In this document: piece after piece, positions 15,848 through 33,539 of the stretch | Numbering within the stretch: position 1 is the first letter of the stretch | How the letters are laid out: the number at the start of each line of letters is the position of its first letter | Notes under the pieces: generated by a model | Database searches by the model: none | What the model saw: only the letters and a program-made list of their open reading frames with translations | What the model was told of the DNA's origin: nothing | NCBI RefSeq assembly: GCF_009914755.1 | Contig: NC_060932.1 | Source: the human T2T-CHM13v2.0 reference genome, Homo sapiens | DNA: 64,000 nt | Strand: one strand, 5' to 3' | Made by a program: the position numbers and the translations under genes

Positions 15848-16170
15848 CAAGTGTTGACAAACTTTTTTGGTAGAGGGCCAGATGATAAATATTTTTGACT
15901 TTGTGGAGCCCTTGGTCTCCATGGCAACTACTCGACTCTGCCACTGTGGCTCCAAAGCAGCTGCAGATGACACGTAAGAGAACGAGCACGGCTGTGTTCC
16001 AATCGTGCTTTATATATGGACACTCGGATTTGAATTTCATATAGTTTTCATGTGTCGTGAAATATTATTCTTTTGCTTTTTCAACCATTTAAAAACGTAG
16101 AAACCATTCTTAGCTCATGGGTCATACAAAAACAGACAGCAGGCCACATTTGGCTTGTGAGTCAGCCTGC
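15848..16170. mobile_element. MER58B-like hAT-Charlie element
   Basis: caaacttttttggtagagggccagatgataaatattttt...aaccattcttagctcatgggtcatacaaaaacag resembles MER58B. Confidence 0.75.
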
Positions 16171-16394
16171 CAGCTTTGTTCAAAATGTCACTTTGAATGC
16201 TCACATGCAATTGCAGTGTGGATGTCCTGTAATTTATCAGTGGCTTTTGAGGTTATTTCTGACTTTTTGCTGTGTGTTTCTGTGAACATCTTCCTGTGTG
16301 CATCTTTATATATTTGTCTCATTTATTCCTTCATTTAACATACATTTCTTTAGAGCCTACTGTGTGTCAAACACCATTGTAGGCGGTGGGGTGA

Positions 16395-16742
<348 letters not shown>

Positions 16743-16941
16743 ACGTAGCTTATGTTCTTGATGGAGGCACAAGTTTCTAGGCTGGTTGGGGGTACCCAGG
16801 AGAGGGGAGGGAAGCTAAAATGTAAGAGCGAAGTCCTTGGACAAGGAAGAAGGGGGGGATTCAGGGCACACGTGGAGGAGGCAGCATCTATTGGGATTGA
16901 GTTCAGTTCTTCTGAATATAAGACTGTGAGACTGCCACTGA

Positions 16942-17307
<366 letters not shown>

Positions 17308-18623
17308 CTGGCTCTTAATCCTATTTTCCAAACCACTTTCTTTCTGTAATTCTTAAGTTGGCTAGTTCTCCTTCCTCAGAAAAATTAATATAAGGCTGTT
17401 AGCCTGCCACTGACATCTGAACATGGATTTATTTAGCTAGGTTAGATTCTGCAGTGGGGGGATTAAGTAGCACACTCCTGATTGTGACTGTCTTCATGAA
17501 AAAAGAGGCACAGCTATCAGCCAGCAGTAAGAAGGGGAGAGAGGCTGTTGGAGATTTGAGGAGAGAGGAATTGTAAGCAGTTTCTGGGAGAGTGGAAGAC
17601 GGAATTGAGAGGAGAAACATGGGATCTGTAAGATGTAGAGGGCACCTACTTGAGATTTGTGTTTATAAAGGAAGACCGTTAAGAACCATCATGAGTTCTT
17701 CCTCCGCTGTGCTCTGCCACTCGGGCTGGCATGGGGTCATTGGAGAGTTGGCTGCGCCCAGGTCAGCTTTCCAGTGGAGGGAGTGGGGGTGTTTGTAGGG
17801 GAGGGACGGTGGTGTGAGCCATCTAGGCTGATGAAGAGCGAGGCAGCTGCTGCGAGCCGCAGGGAGGTGCTAGTGTAAATGGGTGGTTGGGGCATTGTTG
17901 TGGGAGGGTAAGTGGGTGGAAAACAGGAGGCATGGCTCTGAGAGCAGGATACTGACATCGCAGTTTGAAGCTGGAGCAGGTGTTGGCAGTGACCACACCT
18001 AAGGTATGAGCAGGGAGTGGGTGCTTGAGGTGGGGTGAAGTAAGACATGCGAAGTGAGGGTGGGAAGGTGACTGGTGGGTTATTGGAAGGATGATTTAGG
18101 CAGATGCTGAAGCCACTGGGAGTGACAAGAGTCATAGTGGTGCAGGGGAAGGCAGCATGACCGTCAAGATCATTAATTGCAGCCTTGTTTGGAGGAACAA
18201 AAGCTTAAAGACAATCAAAATGTCCTTTAATAGAGGACTGTCTAAATCAATTAGGGCATATTCATTCAGTAGAGTAAGATACAAGATACACAGCCTATTA
18301 AAAAGAAAGAATGAGGGAGCTTTCAGTACTGGTATAAAGTAATCAAGATATTTTGTTAAATGAAAAAAGTGAAGTTAAGCAAAAAGTACTGTACCTAGTA
18401 TGCTGCTATTTGTATAAAAATAAATAAAAAGAAAGAAATATGTAATATCTGCTTGTGTGTACATAAGATGTCTCTGGAAGGCTATGTAAGAAACTGATAA
18501 TGATATTTATTACCTTTGTGGAGGATAGCTGGGTCACTAGAGGTCAAGAGTAAGACAGAAACTTCATGTAGCCTTGAGCTTAGAACCTCGTAAGTGTACA
18601 GGAAAATCGTGGCACAACTCTAG

Positions 18624-19346
<723 letters not shown>

Positions 19347-19377
19347 TATTATTCTTTATCATATGTTTCTTGGAAAG

Positions 19378-19381
<4 letters not shown>

Positions 19382-19423
<42 letters not shown>
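19382..19423. repeat. (TG)n microsatellite ~95 nt upstream of a POP1 exon
   Basis: About 21 uninterrupted TG units. Confidence 0.97.
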
Positions 19424-19427
<4 letters not shown>

Positions 19428-19479
19428 AAAATAGAGATGCATTATAATGGTTATAATTATTTTAGTTTTCCAATCCTAA

Positions 19480-19881
<402 letters not shown>

Positions 19882-20342
19882 TAAGTGTCGGTGACTTCTG
19901 GGTACATTTTGGATTATTTATTTTAATATTGAAGAGGCTACAGGATGTAAGCGTTATCACTGTTTGTTTATGCAAAATCCAAGTGAATTTATAGGCTTTC
20001 TGGAAGGGAAAGCCAGTCTTTTATATTTCATAGAGGGCTCAGGGAAACAGCTTAATAATATTTGATGTAAGGCATGATGCTAATTGATGAAATGATTTAC
20101 AATATTGTCATCAATAGATCCAAGCCAAGGCAGTTTTTTTTCTGACATATTTTATGCAGTTTGAGCAAGGATTCTTTGCTTTAAATTACCAAATTAGATT
20201 TCTTCTAGTTCCTTTTGAATTATATGGATTTGTGTTAGAGCAGCAACCCATTAGATGTAATATAGTCCTAGCCAGAGAGGCTACCGGATACACTATGTTC
20301 TCCTCTCAGTATTGGTGTGGGCCAGGTTCTGCTCATCAGTGA

Positions 20343-20651
<309 letters not shown>

Positions 20652-20983
20652 TGATTTTTAAAAAGTGCTTATCCCTCTAGCCTTGTGCTTACTTTTCCGT
20701 ATAGTAGCCTCATAATTTCCTATCATTCTTTCTTACTTTACATGTAACAGTCCCTTACAGTTCCTTTACTCATTGAAATCTTAGTGGCTCTTTATTTTCA
20801 CCCTCACTGTGATTACAATCCTAGATTCTATCTCACTGTCTTGTTTTCCCTGCCTTCAACTTCTTAAATCTTTAGTCCCTGAGTTTCAGAATGGCAAACA
20901 CATAAAAAGAAAAATATAAGTACTAAAATGTACTACAGTGTATTTCTAATTTTTAAAAAATTGTAGTTTTGATTCTTATATAG

Positions 20984-21739
<756 letters not shown>

Positions 21740-23310
21740 ATGCGTGCTTGTATCCCAGCAGGGCATAGATAATACGTTATTATTGTCTGCCAAGTTCTAC
21801 ATGTGGAGAATCTGCTTCTGCTTTAAAATATCATGTGAAACTCCCTGGAAACAAGAATAAAAAATTATGTATTATGCAGATGATGAAATGTTTACATCAT
21901 TCCAGTAATGTCATTGATTTTCATCTTTCCCTGTCCTTGCTGTAATACTTTTAAATTATTTGGCCAAAAGCTTTGTATTATGATCTCTTGGTCTGTGTAG
22001 TTGTGGCTGAAAATAATGAGAAGCTCTACGAGTTATCATCCCCTTTTTTTGTTAGAAACAAAGGGCTTGTCAGGTCTATTTGAAAAACCTCATAGTCATG
22101 TGATAAGCAACAATAGATGTTTAATGATTTCACTGTTATAGCAGAAGACAAGAGAAGACGCTTGGCCTCTGTACATGAAATATGGGCTCCTGATGGACCT
22201 CATTCAATTCTGTACTGTGATTTCCATGCCGAACAACTCAAGCCTTAAAGAGAGAAATCATGGACAACTGATTTCTGCCTGTTTTCAGGCAGGCACAGTT
22301 TATGGCGTCAGTGCTAGGCTGGAATTAGAAAGTGGGGGTCTATGACGTGGACTTCCTGACTCTTTGATCTCTTTGTTGTTGACCAACACTTGATCCTACT
22401 AGTTACTTAATTTTTTTAAGTAAAAAATTATTATTATTTTGTTTCTGCAAAGATTTTCTCAAAGCCATAGAGGAGCATTTCTCAGAATATGTTCTATGAT
22501 ATGTGTCACCTAAAAAAGTAAGAGATTCCAAGGTCAGGTTGATATGGAAACTCTAGGTTAAATAAAGTTAAGCATTTCTTTATGAAAGAACTTCTGGAAA
22601 CTTCCATGTGATAATGTGCATTGCGGATCTCTAGGAAGGAAATGATAGTGTATAGTATTTTCTAAATACTTGTGATTCCTAAAGTTCTCTTACAAGGAGC
22701 CCTTTGTAGGACCAGTGTTCTTAGTAGCGCGCTTTGGGCAGTGTGGCTGTGTAGTGCATAGCTACCTCTGCAAGGTGATAACTAAGCCGGCAAGCTGCCT
22801 TTCAACACTCATGCAGTCACGTTGTCCACCTGAGATTCTCAACAGGGTATAAAAGGAAGGTCTCATCTTGCCTCACAGGAAGAGTGGGCTCAGTGTGGCT
22901 TTTTTCCAACTATGGAGAAACTCAGTGCTCATCTACTTTAAGTTTCCACATATGGCTTGCTCATAGCCTTGGTCCTTACCTTTCCTGCCATAACTTTCTA
23001 GAAGAGCTTAATGGGATTTTTTTTCTAAAAAATGTAAATATGCAGTTAGGCATTATTTTATGTAAATGCATTGGGTTTTTACTGTAGCATTTGGCACTAA
23101 ATGGCTTTGGGGGTGATGAGGTGGGGAAGGATACAGCAGGTGGTACAGTAGTCAGGAAGTACCTGCCACCAATGAGATGTCTGATGCTTTGCCTCTTACC
23201 ATGCCTCTGAATGTCTTTGGATCCAACCCAGATGAGACTGAAAAAAAAAAAAACAGTGTAACTAAGTGGCATCTGTAAACAGAATAAATGAAAATGTCAC
23301 CTGATGTTCA
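21740..23310 (+). other. POP1: POP1 3' UTR (end approximate)
   Basis: Repeat-poor AU-rich sequence after the stop with AATAAA at 21856, 22561 and 23283. Confidence 0.75.
23283..23288 (+). terminator. Distal POP1 polyadenylation signal
   Basis: AATAAA with upstream TGTA elements and downstream GT/T-rich sequence. Confidence 0.7.
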
Positions 23311-23968
23311 GTTGTGAATATTTATATTTATTGGACCATTCCTTATTTGTTTTCTGGGCTCTCAGTCACCTCATTTGTGGCTGAGCTCACTCGATGACAG
23401 AAGTCTGAGTGTGCTGCGTGGTCACCTAACCTCATTCTGTACAGCCCTGCCTAGGGCCTGCTGCCCCGCCCTCATTATAGGGGACAGGGCACGTTTGCAG
23501 CCACTCTGCCTGGTGGGTGGTAGGTCAAAGAGCTGCGCACCAGAAAGATAGATTAGCATTTCCCAAAATGTATTCCTGGGAGTACTAGTCCCTGCAGCTG
23601 TTCCTGGAGAAAAGTATTTTATGGCTAAATAAATATGGGAAAAGCTATATATGGTATCCTCCTATTATGATTCACAATGAATACTTGCAGAGTCAAAGCT
23701 CTGCAAAGCTCTTTAGGAAAGAAATCTGTCTTTCAGACTCCCACACACGTACCTTTTTTGGTTTTTGCATACCTATTGTCCAGAGAACACTAGTTTCACA
23801 GAAGATACGTTGAAAAACTAACAGACTCTGCAGAGGCAGTAAAGAATCCATGTTCCTTATGAAAAAGACTGATAGGGGAATGGCTTACTTTCTGGCAGTT
23901 GAATTGATTAGCGTGTTGATCTTGATCCTTCCAAGTGCCTGCCATGCTGTACTAGAGCTACATAGCTA

Positions 23969-24351
<383 letters not shown>

Positions 24352-24808
24352 TCATATCAGTCATCCATATTCATCATAAAACAATTAGAAAATGAAGATG
24401 AGCAACAATAACAAAATTTAAATCACCTGGATTTTCACCATGCAATATAACTAGTTACCTTCTGTTATGTATCCTAGACGTTAAGATGTATGTGGGTAGT
24501 TTTCTTTTAATAACATAAGCCGTTGCTTATATAAAGAGCTATACCATGCAAGTGCAGCAGAGTGCATGTTACCAGTTTTTTTGTTGGTGCTTGACTGGCA
24601 AGAGCTTTAAGGATAATACTCCTTTTTTTTTTTTTTTTTTTTAAATGGGAAGTTAGTATGTAACCACCCATCATGTACTAAGTGTAGCATTGCCGTCTTG
24701 GCGGCCACATGCCTTGCGTGAGTTCTTTCTTCCCAACCAGTGGGAGGTGAGGGGGGCGGTTGACAAGCTATATGGACTCCCTCATAGTCTTAACTGGCCT
24801 ACTCGTAG

Positions 24809-25480
<672 letters not shown>

Positions 25481-25961
25481 TTTGGCTGCATTTTAGAATC
25501 ACCCAATAGCCCAAGCTGCAGCCCAGAAATCAATCTTGGGTTGGGCCCAAGGATCAGTATTTATGAGCTCCCCAGGCCGTTGTGATGTGCCGCTCAGTGG
25601 AGAATCGCCGCTTTCGGAGGTCTGGCTCTTGGACCCTCTGCACCTTGGGGAAGTGTGACTGAGTAACAAGGCCATGGAAACCCAAGAACTCCTGTGCCTG
25701 TAGCAGGCCTGCTTGCCATTACGAAAAAGTACATGTCTGCAAAGTCCGCTCACACGGTCTGTTGACTGCATGGTGAAGCGTCCAGGTGGGAACGTAATGA
25801 GAGCGTAGTGTCGAGGGCTGGGTGGCCCAGAGTCAGGGCTTCCACCTGGGGAAGAGGCCTGGTAGTGAAAAAGAAAACAGCCTCATTACTTCTGTAGCCT
25901 TCTCTACTTGAGAATATCAAATGAGGTCTCTTGTTTTTCTTTTGGTGAGTATACTTCCAGA

Positions 25962-26132
25962 CCAGCTGTTCTCAGCCTTGGCTGCACATGGGAATCACCT
26001 GCAGGCTTTCAAAGCACTGGTGCCCAGGGCCTACCCTCCTGGGATGAAGCTTTAACTGGTCAAGGGTGTGAGCTAGACTTTGGGGGTTTTAACAGCTCCC
26101 AGGTGATTTGCAGCCAAGGTTGAGAACCACTC
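25962..26132. mobile_element. MER5-type hAT MITE
   Basis: Inverted termini cagctgttctcagccttggctgca ... tgcagccaaggttgagaaccact. Confidence 0.75.
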
Positions 26133-26569
26133 TTCCAGACTTTAAAAATGAGGTTCCAAAATAAATAATCAAAGATGCAGCTTATCAGTAATGGGGACCC
26201 TGAAGCAGGGTGTGGGGAGCAGATGCAGCTCTCTTGAGTGGGGCACACAGCTGTGACCCATGGCCCTGGTAGGGGCCTCCTGGACTTGGGCACGTGGCCA
26301 AGTTCATGTCAAGGCATTTTCCCTCTCCCCATGTTTTGAAAATTTAAATTTAATTAGATATTGTTCTGGAGGAGCCCACCCTAACCATTTGTGTGCTTTC
26401 ACTTGAGGAAATGTTTACGAACATGGAACTCCCCTCGTTTCTCTCTCCAGTCCTACTGCGCCCCTCTGGGCTAACCCACTGGGCTCTGAACATGCTGGCC
26501 TCAGCTCCTTGAATGGCCAAGCTCTTGGCTCCTCCACGATTGTCCACATGCAGAGGCTTTCTCTGCCCA

Positions 26570-27043
<474 letters not shown>

Positions 27044-27584
27044 TTGCCAATCCTACTTAAAATAGCCTCTTCCTGCTTACATTACTCTATATCACACAAT
27101 GGGTTTATTTCCTGACATCACAATGTATAGCAATTAATTATTTTGTTGTTTACATGTTTATTGTCTAGTCCATTAGAATATGAGCCTCATGAAGGTGAGA
27201 CCATGTCTTGTTTGATTAATGCTGCACCCCAGGTGATAGCACAATGCTTAACCCGTAACTTGTATTTAATACATTTTTGTTGAATTGATGCTTTAATCAA
27301 AAAGGGTGTATGTATTAAACTTTACAGTTAATACTCTTGTTGGCCAGGCACATGTTGTAATGAACAAAAGAGCCCACTAGGTGGTGCCAAGACCTCATGA
27401 GTAAACAGCCTACTCAGGAAAAAACAGCGGAAAAGCACAATTCAATGTCCTTGGACTGGGGGAGTTTGTGAGGTCACTTATCAGTTGACATTCCCCCTTT
27501 TTGGGGCAGACTTATACTAACAGAATCCTAGTTTGAAAAGGATCCGTGATTTTTAAAGAGGTGCCTAGAAAAGGAACAACTTTA

Positions 27585-28060
<476 letters not shown>

Positions 28061-28264
28061 TCGCACAGAGGACCTTAAATTATTTTTTGGACTCAACATA
28101 ATTTGTTCTCAGAAACCTGCACAGCTGCAGTGAGCCTCAGGCAGGGGCTGTGGCTTTAGGGAGAGCCTCTGGTGTTCTGGGTCACTGTGGGCCAGCCCTC
28201 TCTGAAGTCTGCAGCCTCCTCCTTCCTTGTTCTGCAGGATTTAGCCACTACCACTGGAGGGCAT

Positions 28265-28750
28265 GGGTTAGTCAGGTTTTTCTCTAAAACAGAGCCTGGC
28301 ATGGCTTTCATGTAGGGAGTTTATTTTAGGGAGGCTGGGAAAGTGAACCAGGAAAGGAGGAAAGCCAATCCAAGTGTGCATTGTGAGCTGGTTACCCTTG
28401 GAGGCAATTGGGGCTCCATCCCTCTGGGGACAGTCTGATGAATGGAATGCTTTGTCTACATGAGGCCCGGGAGAGGAAAGTCTTTATTTACCAGCTCCCA
28501 TTCCTATTGCCTAAATGAACAGTTCCCCCAGGGACTGTTCATTTCCGCCAGGTTTGCACAGGTGCTAGAATGGCTTGGCCTGCTCAGTGAGCATCTCACG
28601 GAAGGCAGGCCAAGAAGCCCCAGGGGCAGAAGACTAGGGGTGGCTAAGGCAAGGTGCCCTTGGCCTACGCCTGTGCCCAGCCAGTTGCTGCAGCAAGGGC
28701 TGAGCACAAAGTGGGTCAAGGGAATGAGAGACGGGATAGATGTCCAGCAC
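28265..28750. mobile_element. Old MaLR (MLT1-type) LTR
   Basis: aaacagagcctg...agtttattttagggagg...ggaggaaagccaat resembles MLT1I-K LTRs. Confidence 0.55.
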
Positions 28751-29159
28751 AGGGCCCTCAGAAGACAGGGTGATTATTTCCTGTTGTCACTTGTGAAGCA
28801 TGTGTATGTGCACACTGTATACACCAGGTGGAGGGGTGTCTGGAGCCACATTTCTGTGTGTGTGTGCACGTGCACACTTGTATACACAGGGTGGTAGGGT
28901 GTCAGGGAGTGCCTGATGAGCACCCTGGAACACATGCCAGAGGTCGGCATGTAGACTCTAAAGTTGATTTTGCCAAAGAGTGGGGCAGTTATGGTTCAGC
29001 TGCACAGCAAGCTCTCAGTCCCAGGGGCCTGTGCAGAATTCTAGTTCCCATTGTATACCTGCAATGATCACTAGGAAACAAGCCCCAAGACTGTTGTCTG
29101 GTAAGAAAATGACCAAGTGGAGATTCTGGGGCTGGCTTTGAAACCAGCTTTACCATCAT

Positions 29160-29447
29160 TCTTTTTTTTTTTTTTTTTTTTTGGGTTGGGGGGAGGGTCT
29201 TGCTCTGTCACCCAGGCTGCAGCAGTGGCACAATCTTGGCTTACTGCAACCTCCGCCTCCTGGGCTCAAGGAGTTTTCCTGTGTCAGCCTCCCACGTGGC
29301 TGGGACCATAGGCGTGAGCCACTATGCCTGGCTAATTTTTTTATTTTTTGTAGAGACAGGGTTTTGCCATGTTGCCCAGGCCAGTCTCAAACTCCTAACT
29401 CAAGTAATCCTCTTGCCTTGGCCTCCCTCCAAAGTGCTGAGATTACT
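29160..29447 (-). mobile_element. Alu (J-type)
   Basis: Diverged antisense Alu. Confidence 0.9.
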
Positions 29448-29639
29448 ATCATTCTTGATCAATTAGCTTGCAGCTTCCTTTCGGCTCAGCTCCCACCCAC
29501 GTCATTTTTTTCTCTTCGCTCACCTCCCACCCACGTCATTTTTTTCTCTTTTAACTCAGCAGTTCTCCTCTCGGCTTCCCTTATATCTGCTACTCAGTTT
29601 ATCTGTTTCTCAGTCAAGTGAGGGAGGTTGGAGAACAGT

Positions 29640-29970
29640 CCGGATATTTCAAGTATGGCTTTAGGACCAGCAGCATCAGCAACAGAAATGCAGAATCCCA
29701 GGCTCCACTCAGACCTGGAATAGAATCTGCATTTGAACAAGATCACCAGGTGGTTCGCATGCACAGGAAAGGTTCAGGAGCAGTGGGCCACCAGTGGTTT
29801 CCAAACCTCATTATCATCAGAGCACCTGGGGAGCTTGCTAAACTCACAAATACCTTGGCATCGGTCCCGAGAGATTCCAGCCCGACTAGGTCTGTAGGGT
29901 GGCCCTGAAACCTGTGATTTTTATTAGGCTCCCAATGTGATTTCATGGGATCATGTTTGAGAATCACCAG
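29640..29970. mobile_element. Two adjacent MER5-type MITEs
   Basis: agaaatgcagaatcccaggc...agaatctgcatttgaacaag and cagtggtttccaaac...tttgagaatcac. Confidence 0.7.
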
Positions 29971-32469
29971 GAAAGATAATCTTTTGAATTTTTTTTCCAC
30001 TTGTAAGATTCTGATATTTTTGCCAGAATTGACTGTTCAGAAATTTGAATGTCACTCTTTTTGGGTGTTATGAATTAGGGCACAAAAGTTAAAATTTTTT
30101 TTTTTTTTTAACATTGAGATCTGGATCATTGTAGGCCTTTTCCTCCTTTCTCTCTTTCTTTCCTTTCCTTTTATTTTTTTTTAAACAGTGAGGCCTAGCT
30201 TCTGGTTGCTGAAGACTGAATATTCTGGCCGGGAACTTGTCTTTCTTCTAACATCTAGCAGCTGCCCCTTTACGTAACTTCTGGGTATTTCACCATGCCC
30301 TGTAGGCTCCCACGGCATCACACTTCTGCAGGGACATGTAAGTTCTGGTGGAGCCTGGGATGGCATTTTGCCACCCTCGTTCAGCTGCTAGACACTGGAG
30401 GGGATGTTTCTGAGACACCCTGTCCTGACTCTCTGTGTGGCTGTTGAGAGATGAGGCCTGGGGGAACTGCAGAGGGCGGACAGAGTGTGTTTTCTTCCGG
30501 TCTTGGCATCTTGGAGTCATTCCTGTCCCGCTGCGTCACCCCACACAAGCCTGAGTGACCTTCGAGAAAGTAACCTCGATCCTTTGCCCTGAGAGCCTTG
30601 GCTGGGGCATCTGGAGGCACCCCCCCCTCCCATGGCTGGGCATCATGAGAGGAGAAAAACCTGCCGGATGGGGCACTAACTGGCCCCAGGGAGCACAGGG
30701 CACTTCCAGGTGAGCAGAGAGAGGATGAAGACCTCAAGGGCACCCCCACCAAGCTGAGATGTTAGAACGTATCGGAGGCTCCAAACCAATAGAAAGCCTT
30801 CCTTAGAAGGTCCTCCTGAAGCGGAGGGTCCCCTGCAAAGCCTAAGTAAGTGTCTCATCCCATACATTTCCTTTTTGAGTCACTAATTGTTCTCTGCCTG
30901 TGAGGGGCTGTAGAGCTCTCTTTGTGGAGCAGGGAGAAAAGGTAGAAATTTCTTCTTACTCAGGGCAGAGCGTGGCTCCCGCAAACACTTGTTACTGGCT
31001 CAGGGGCACCCTCCAAGGCAAAGCAAGTGGCAGGCAAGGGGAAGCTGGCCTTCAGCATGGGGCCAACATCACTCACAGAGCTGCCTGGCTCTGCCCCTCC
31101 ACCCTGAGGCCAGGGGCAGGGGTGGCTGTGGTCTGGGCCTCCACCGTGCTCCCAAGCAGAATCTGCGGACCCTCCCCTAAGTCTGGAGGGCATTGGGGAG
31201 TGGTTGGAGGGGAGTGTCTGTCCCTACTGTGGTGACCACAGAGTCAAGCTGGGAACAGAGACAGCTAGGGTTCCCCAAACGCCAGCATGAGACCCCCATC
31301 CTCATAGTCACCAGTGCTTCCTCAGACTCCATCTCCCTGAGTGTGAAGAAAACACAGTTGTTCCACCAGCGTGGCATTTGGAATGGCTTTTAACATTTTC
31401 AACGGCTTTAATCAGTCATTAGGAATAGAAGACAGGGACACTGACTGAGTCTTCCCTACACAGGCTCCGACTTGTCCTTAGGCAGCTCGAGGACAACAAC
31501 AACTCCCTGCTTCAGGGCCATGTGTAGAGTGTCGAGGATTTTGACCCCTGGTCTGGCACAGGAATCCGGTCTTTCTCATCCTGACGTTTTCCTCAGAAAG
31601 ATGGCCCTGGAGTCCTGATAGATTTATTTTGTTTGTTTTTCTCTCTCTTTAATTCTGCCCTGATATGCTGCTGTTATTTTCGACTAGAGCACCACCCAAG
31701 CCATTCATCTTTGCCTAGTTAGGCAGCTATGAAAGGCCCATGTTTACGTCTACCAATTGGCCCGCTCTTGTCTGAAACATCAGCCAAAAGCAAAACAATG
31801 AAACATAGGCACACAGCTGTCCCGCACCCAGAAAGGCGTGGGTACACCACACGGCGATCTCCTCTCAGGTGAGAGGTGGCAGCGAGCAGTGACCTCTCCT
31901 CCCGCTCTGCTCTGCCGTGGGTCGGCCTTTGGAGCCTCTGCAGGTTGAATTCTTTTAATCTGGCTAGTGAACGGCCGGGCTCCCCGCCCGCCGTGCTCTG
32001 CGCCTGCCGAGCTCCTGGCCCTGCGTGCAGCGTTTTGGGCACAGTGATTCAGTCCCCACTGGGGATTAATGCTAATCTCCTGTTCATATGATCGAGTTAA
32101 GAGTTATTCTTTCCATCTGTCACGCCCTGGGGCACAGTTCTGGGTCCTTTCTTCCTCCTCGGAGGTCTCTGAGGGCAAATGGTGACACCCCTTGGCCATG
32201 GACGTCCACAGAGTGGCAGTGGGCAGCTTCCCCACAGGGCAACTGAAAGGCATGGGGAGGGACCAGTATGTGGCTGAAAGGCCCCAGAGCAGGCGTCTTG
32301 ACCCACCCTCTCCGTCGTTTTGTCAAGGAGGAAACTGAGCCGCAGAAAGGGGGTATCATGTGTCCAAAGTCACCCAGTCACACCACTGCTTAGTAGCAGG
32401 GCCAGGACCAGAGCCCAGGCCTCCTAACAGTGCTGGGTGCTTCTCAGGACAAACTTTTTGTCTTTTTAG

Positions 32470-32816
32470 TTTTTTTTTTTGTTGTTGTTTGTTTGTTTGT
32501 TTGTTTTCTTGAGACAGAGTCTTACTCTGTTGCCCAAGCTGGAGGGGAGCGGCACAGTCTTGGCTCACTGCAACCTCTATCTCCTGGGTTCATGCAATTC
32601 TCATGTCTCAGCCTCCCAAATAGCTAGGATTACAGGCTAGCGCCACCACACTCAGCTAATTTTTGTATTTTTAGTGGAGATGGGGTTTCACCATGTTTTT
32701 TAGTTTTTTTTTTGTTGTTTGTAGAGATGGGGGTCTTGCTATGTTGTCCAGGCTGGTCACCAACTCCTGGGGCTCAAGGGATTCTCCCGCCCTCAGCCTC
32801 CCACTATGCCTGGCTG
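32470..32816 (-). mobile_element. Partial Alu plus Alu monomer
   Basis: Antisense Alu arms separated by a T-rich linker. Confidence 0.85.
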
Positions 32817-33539
32817 AACTTTTTGAATAAAGCATTTTTTTCCCCCCAGAAAGAGGGTCTAACATCCATAAGGGAAAAGAGCAGTTTGCTGTCTTGGACT
32901 TAACACTGTGTCTCCTCTCTCTTCTCTCTTTTGACCTTCCCAGCTTTCCTTCAGCATTCTGCCCTCTGCATCTTCTTTCAGGGGGCTCCTGGAATGTTGG
33001 CAAGCACAAAAAGGCACGGCTTCAAGCCCATCATTCCCTGGCTGAAAGACCTCGGGCCAGTGCCTTCCACTCTCTGAGCCTCAGTGTACTTGTCAATAAA
33101 ATGGAAATATTAATGTTCACCTCACTAACCTGAAGCAAGGCTCTGATGGAGCAACAGAAGCATAGGTGCTTTGAATTTGTATTTGTTGAACACTTGCTAT
33201 GTGCCAGCCATGGAGCCTTAGCTTATTTTATATGAATTGTGTCTTTTAATACAGCGATTCTGGGTTCTATCATCCCCATTTTATAGAGAGGGAGACTGAG
33301 GCCCGGCGAGGTGAAGTAGCTCTGCAGGGTCCGAGCTAGGGAGTGGTTGGGTTGGGCTCAAACCCCTCTCTGCCAGCATTCTTTACCAGCATGCTCTTCA
33401 GTAAGGGATTACCACGTCCTGTCTTTGTCCCTTTCTCTCACATGTGCCTTGAATTCTCATTGTCACCTCCCACTCATAATCTGACAAGCGGGGCTTAGGA
33501 TGTCAGGACCCCAATAACCATGGTGAAGCAGTGCCGGGA

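Noticed and set aside
24623-24800. Poly-T run as the tail of a processed pseudogene
   Set aside because: No convincing TSD, poly(A) signal or recognisable parent sequence.
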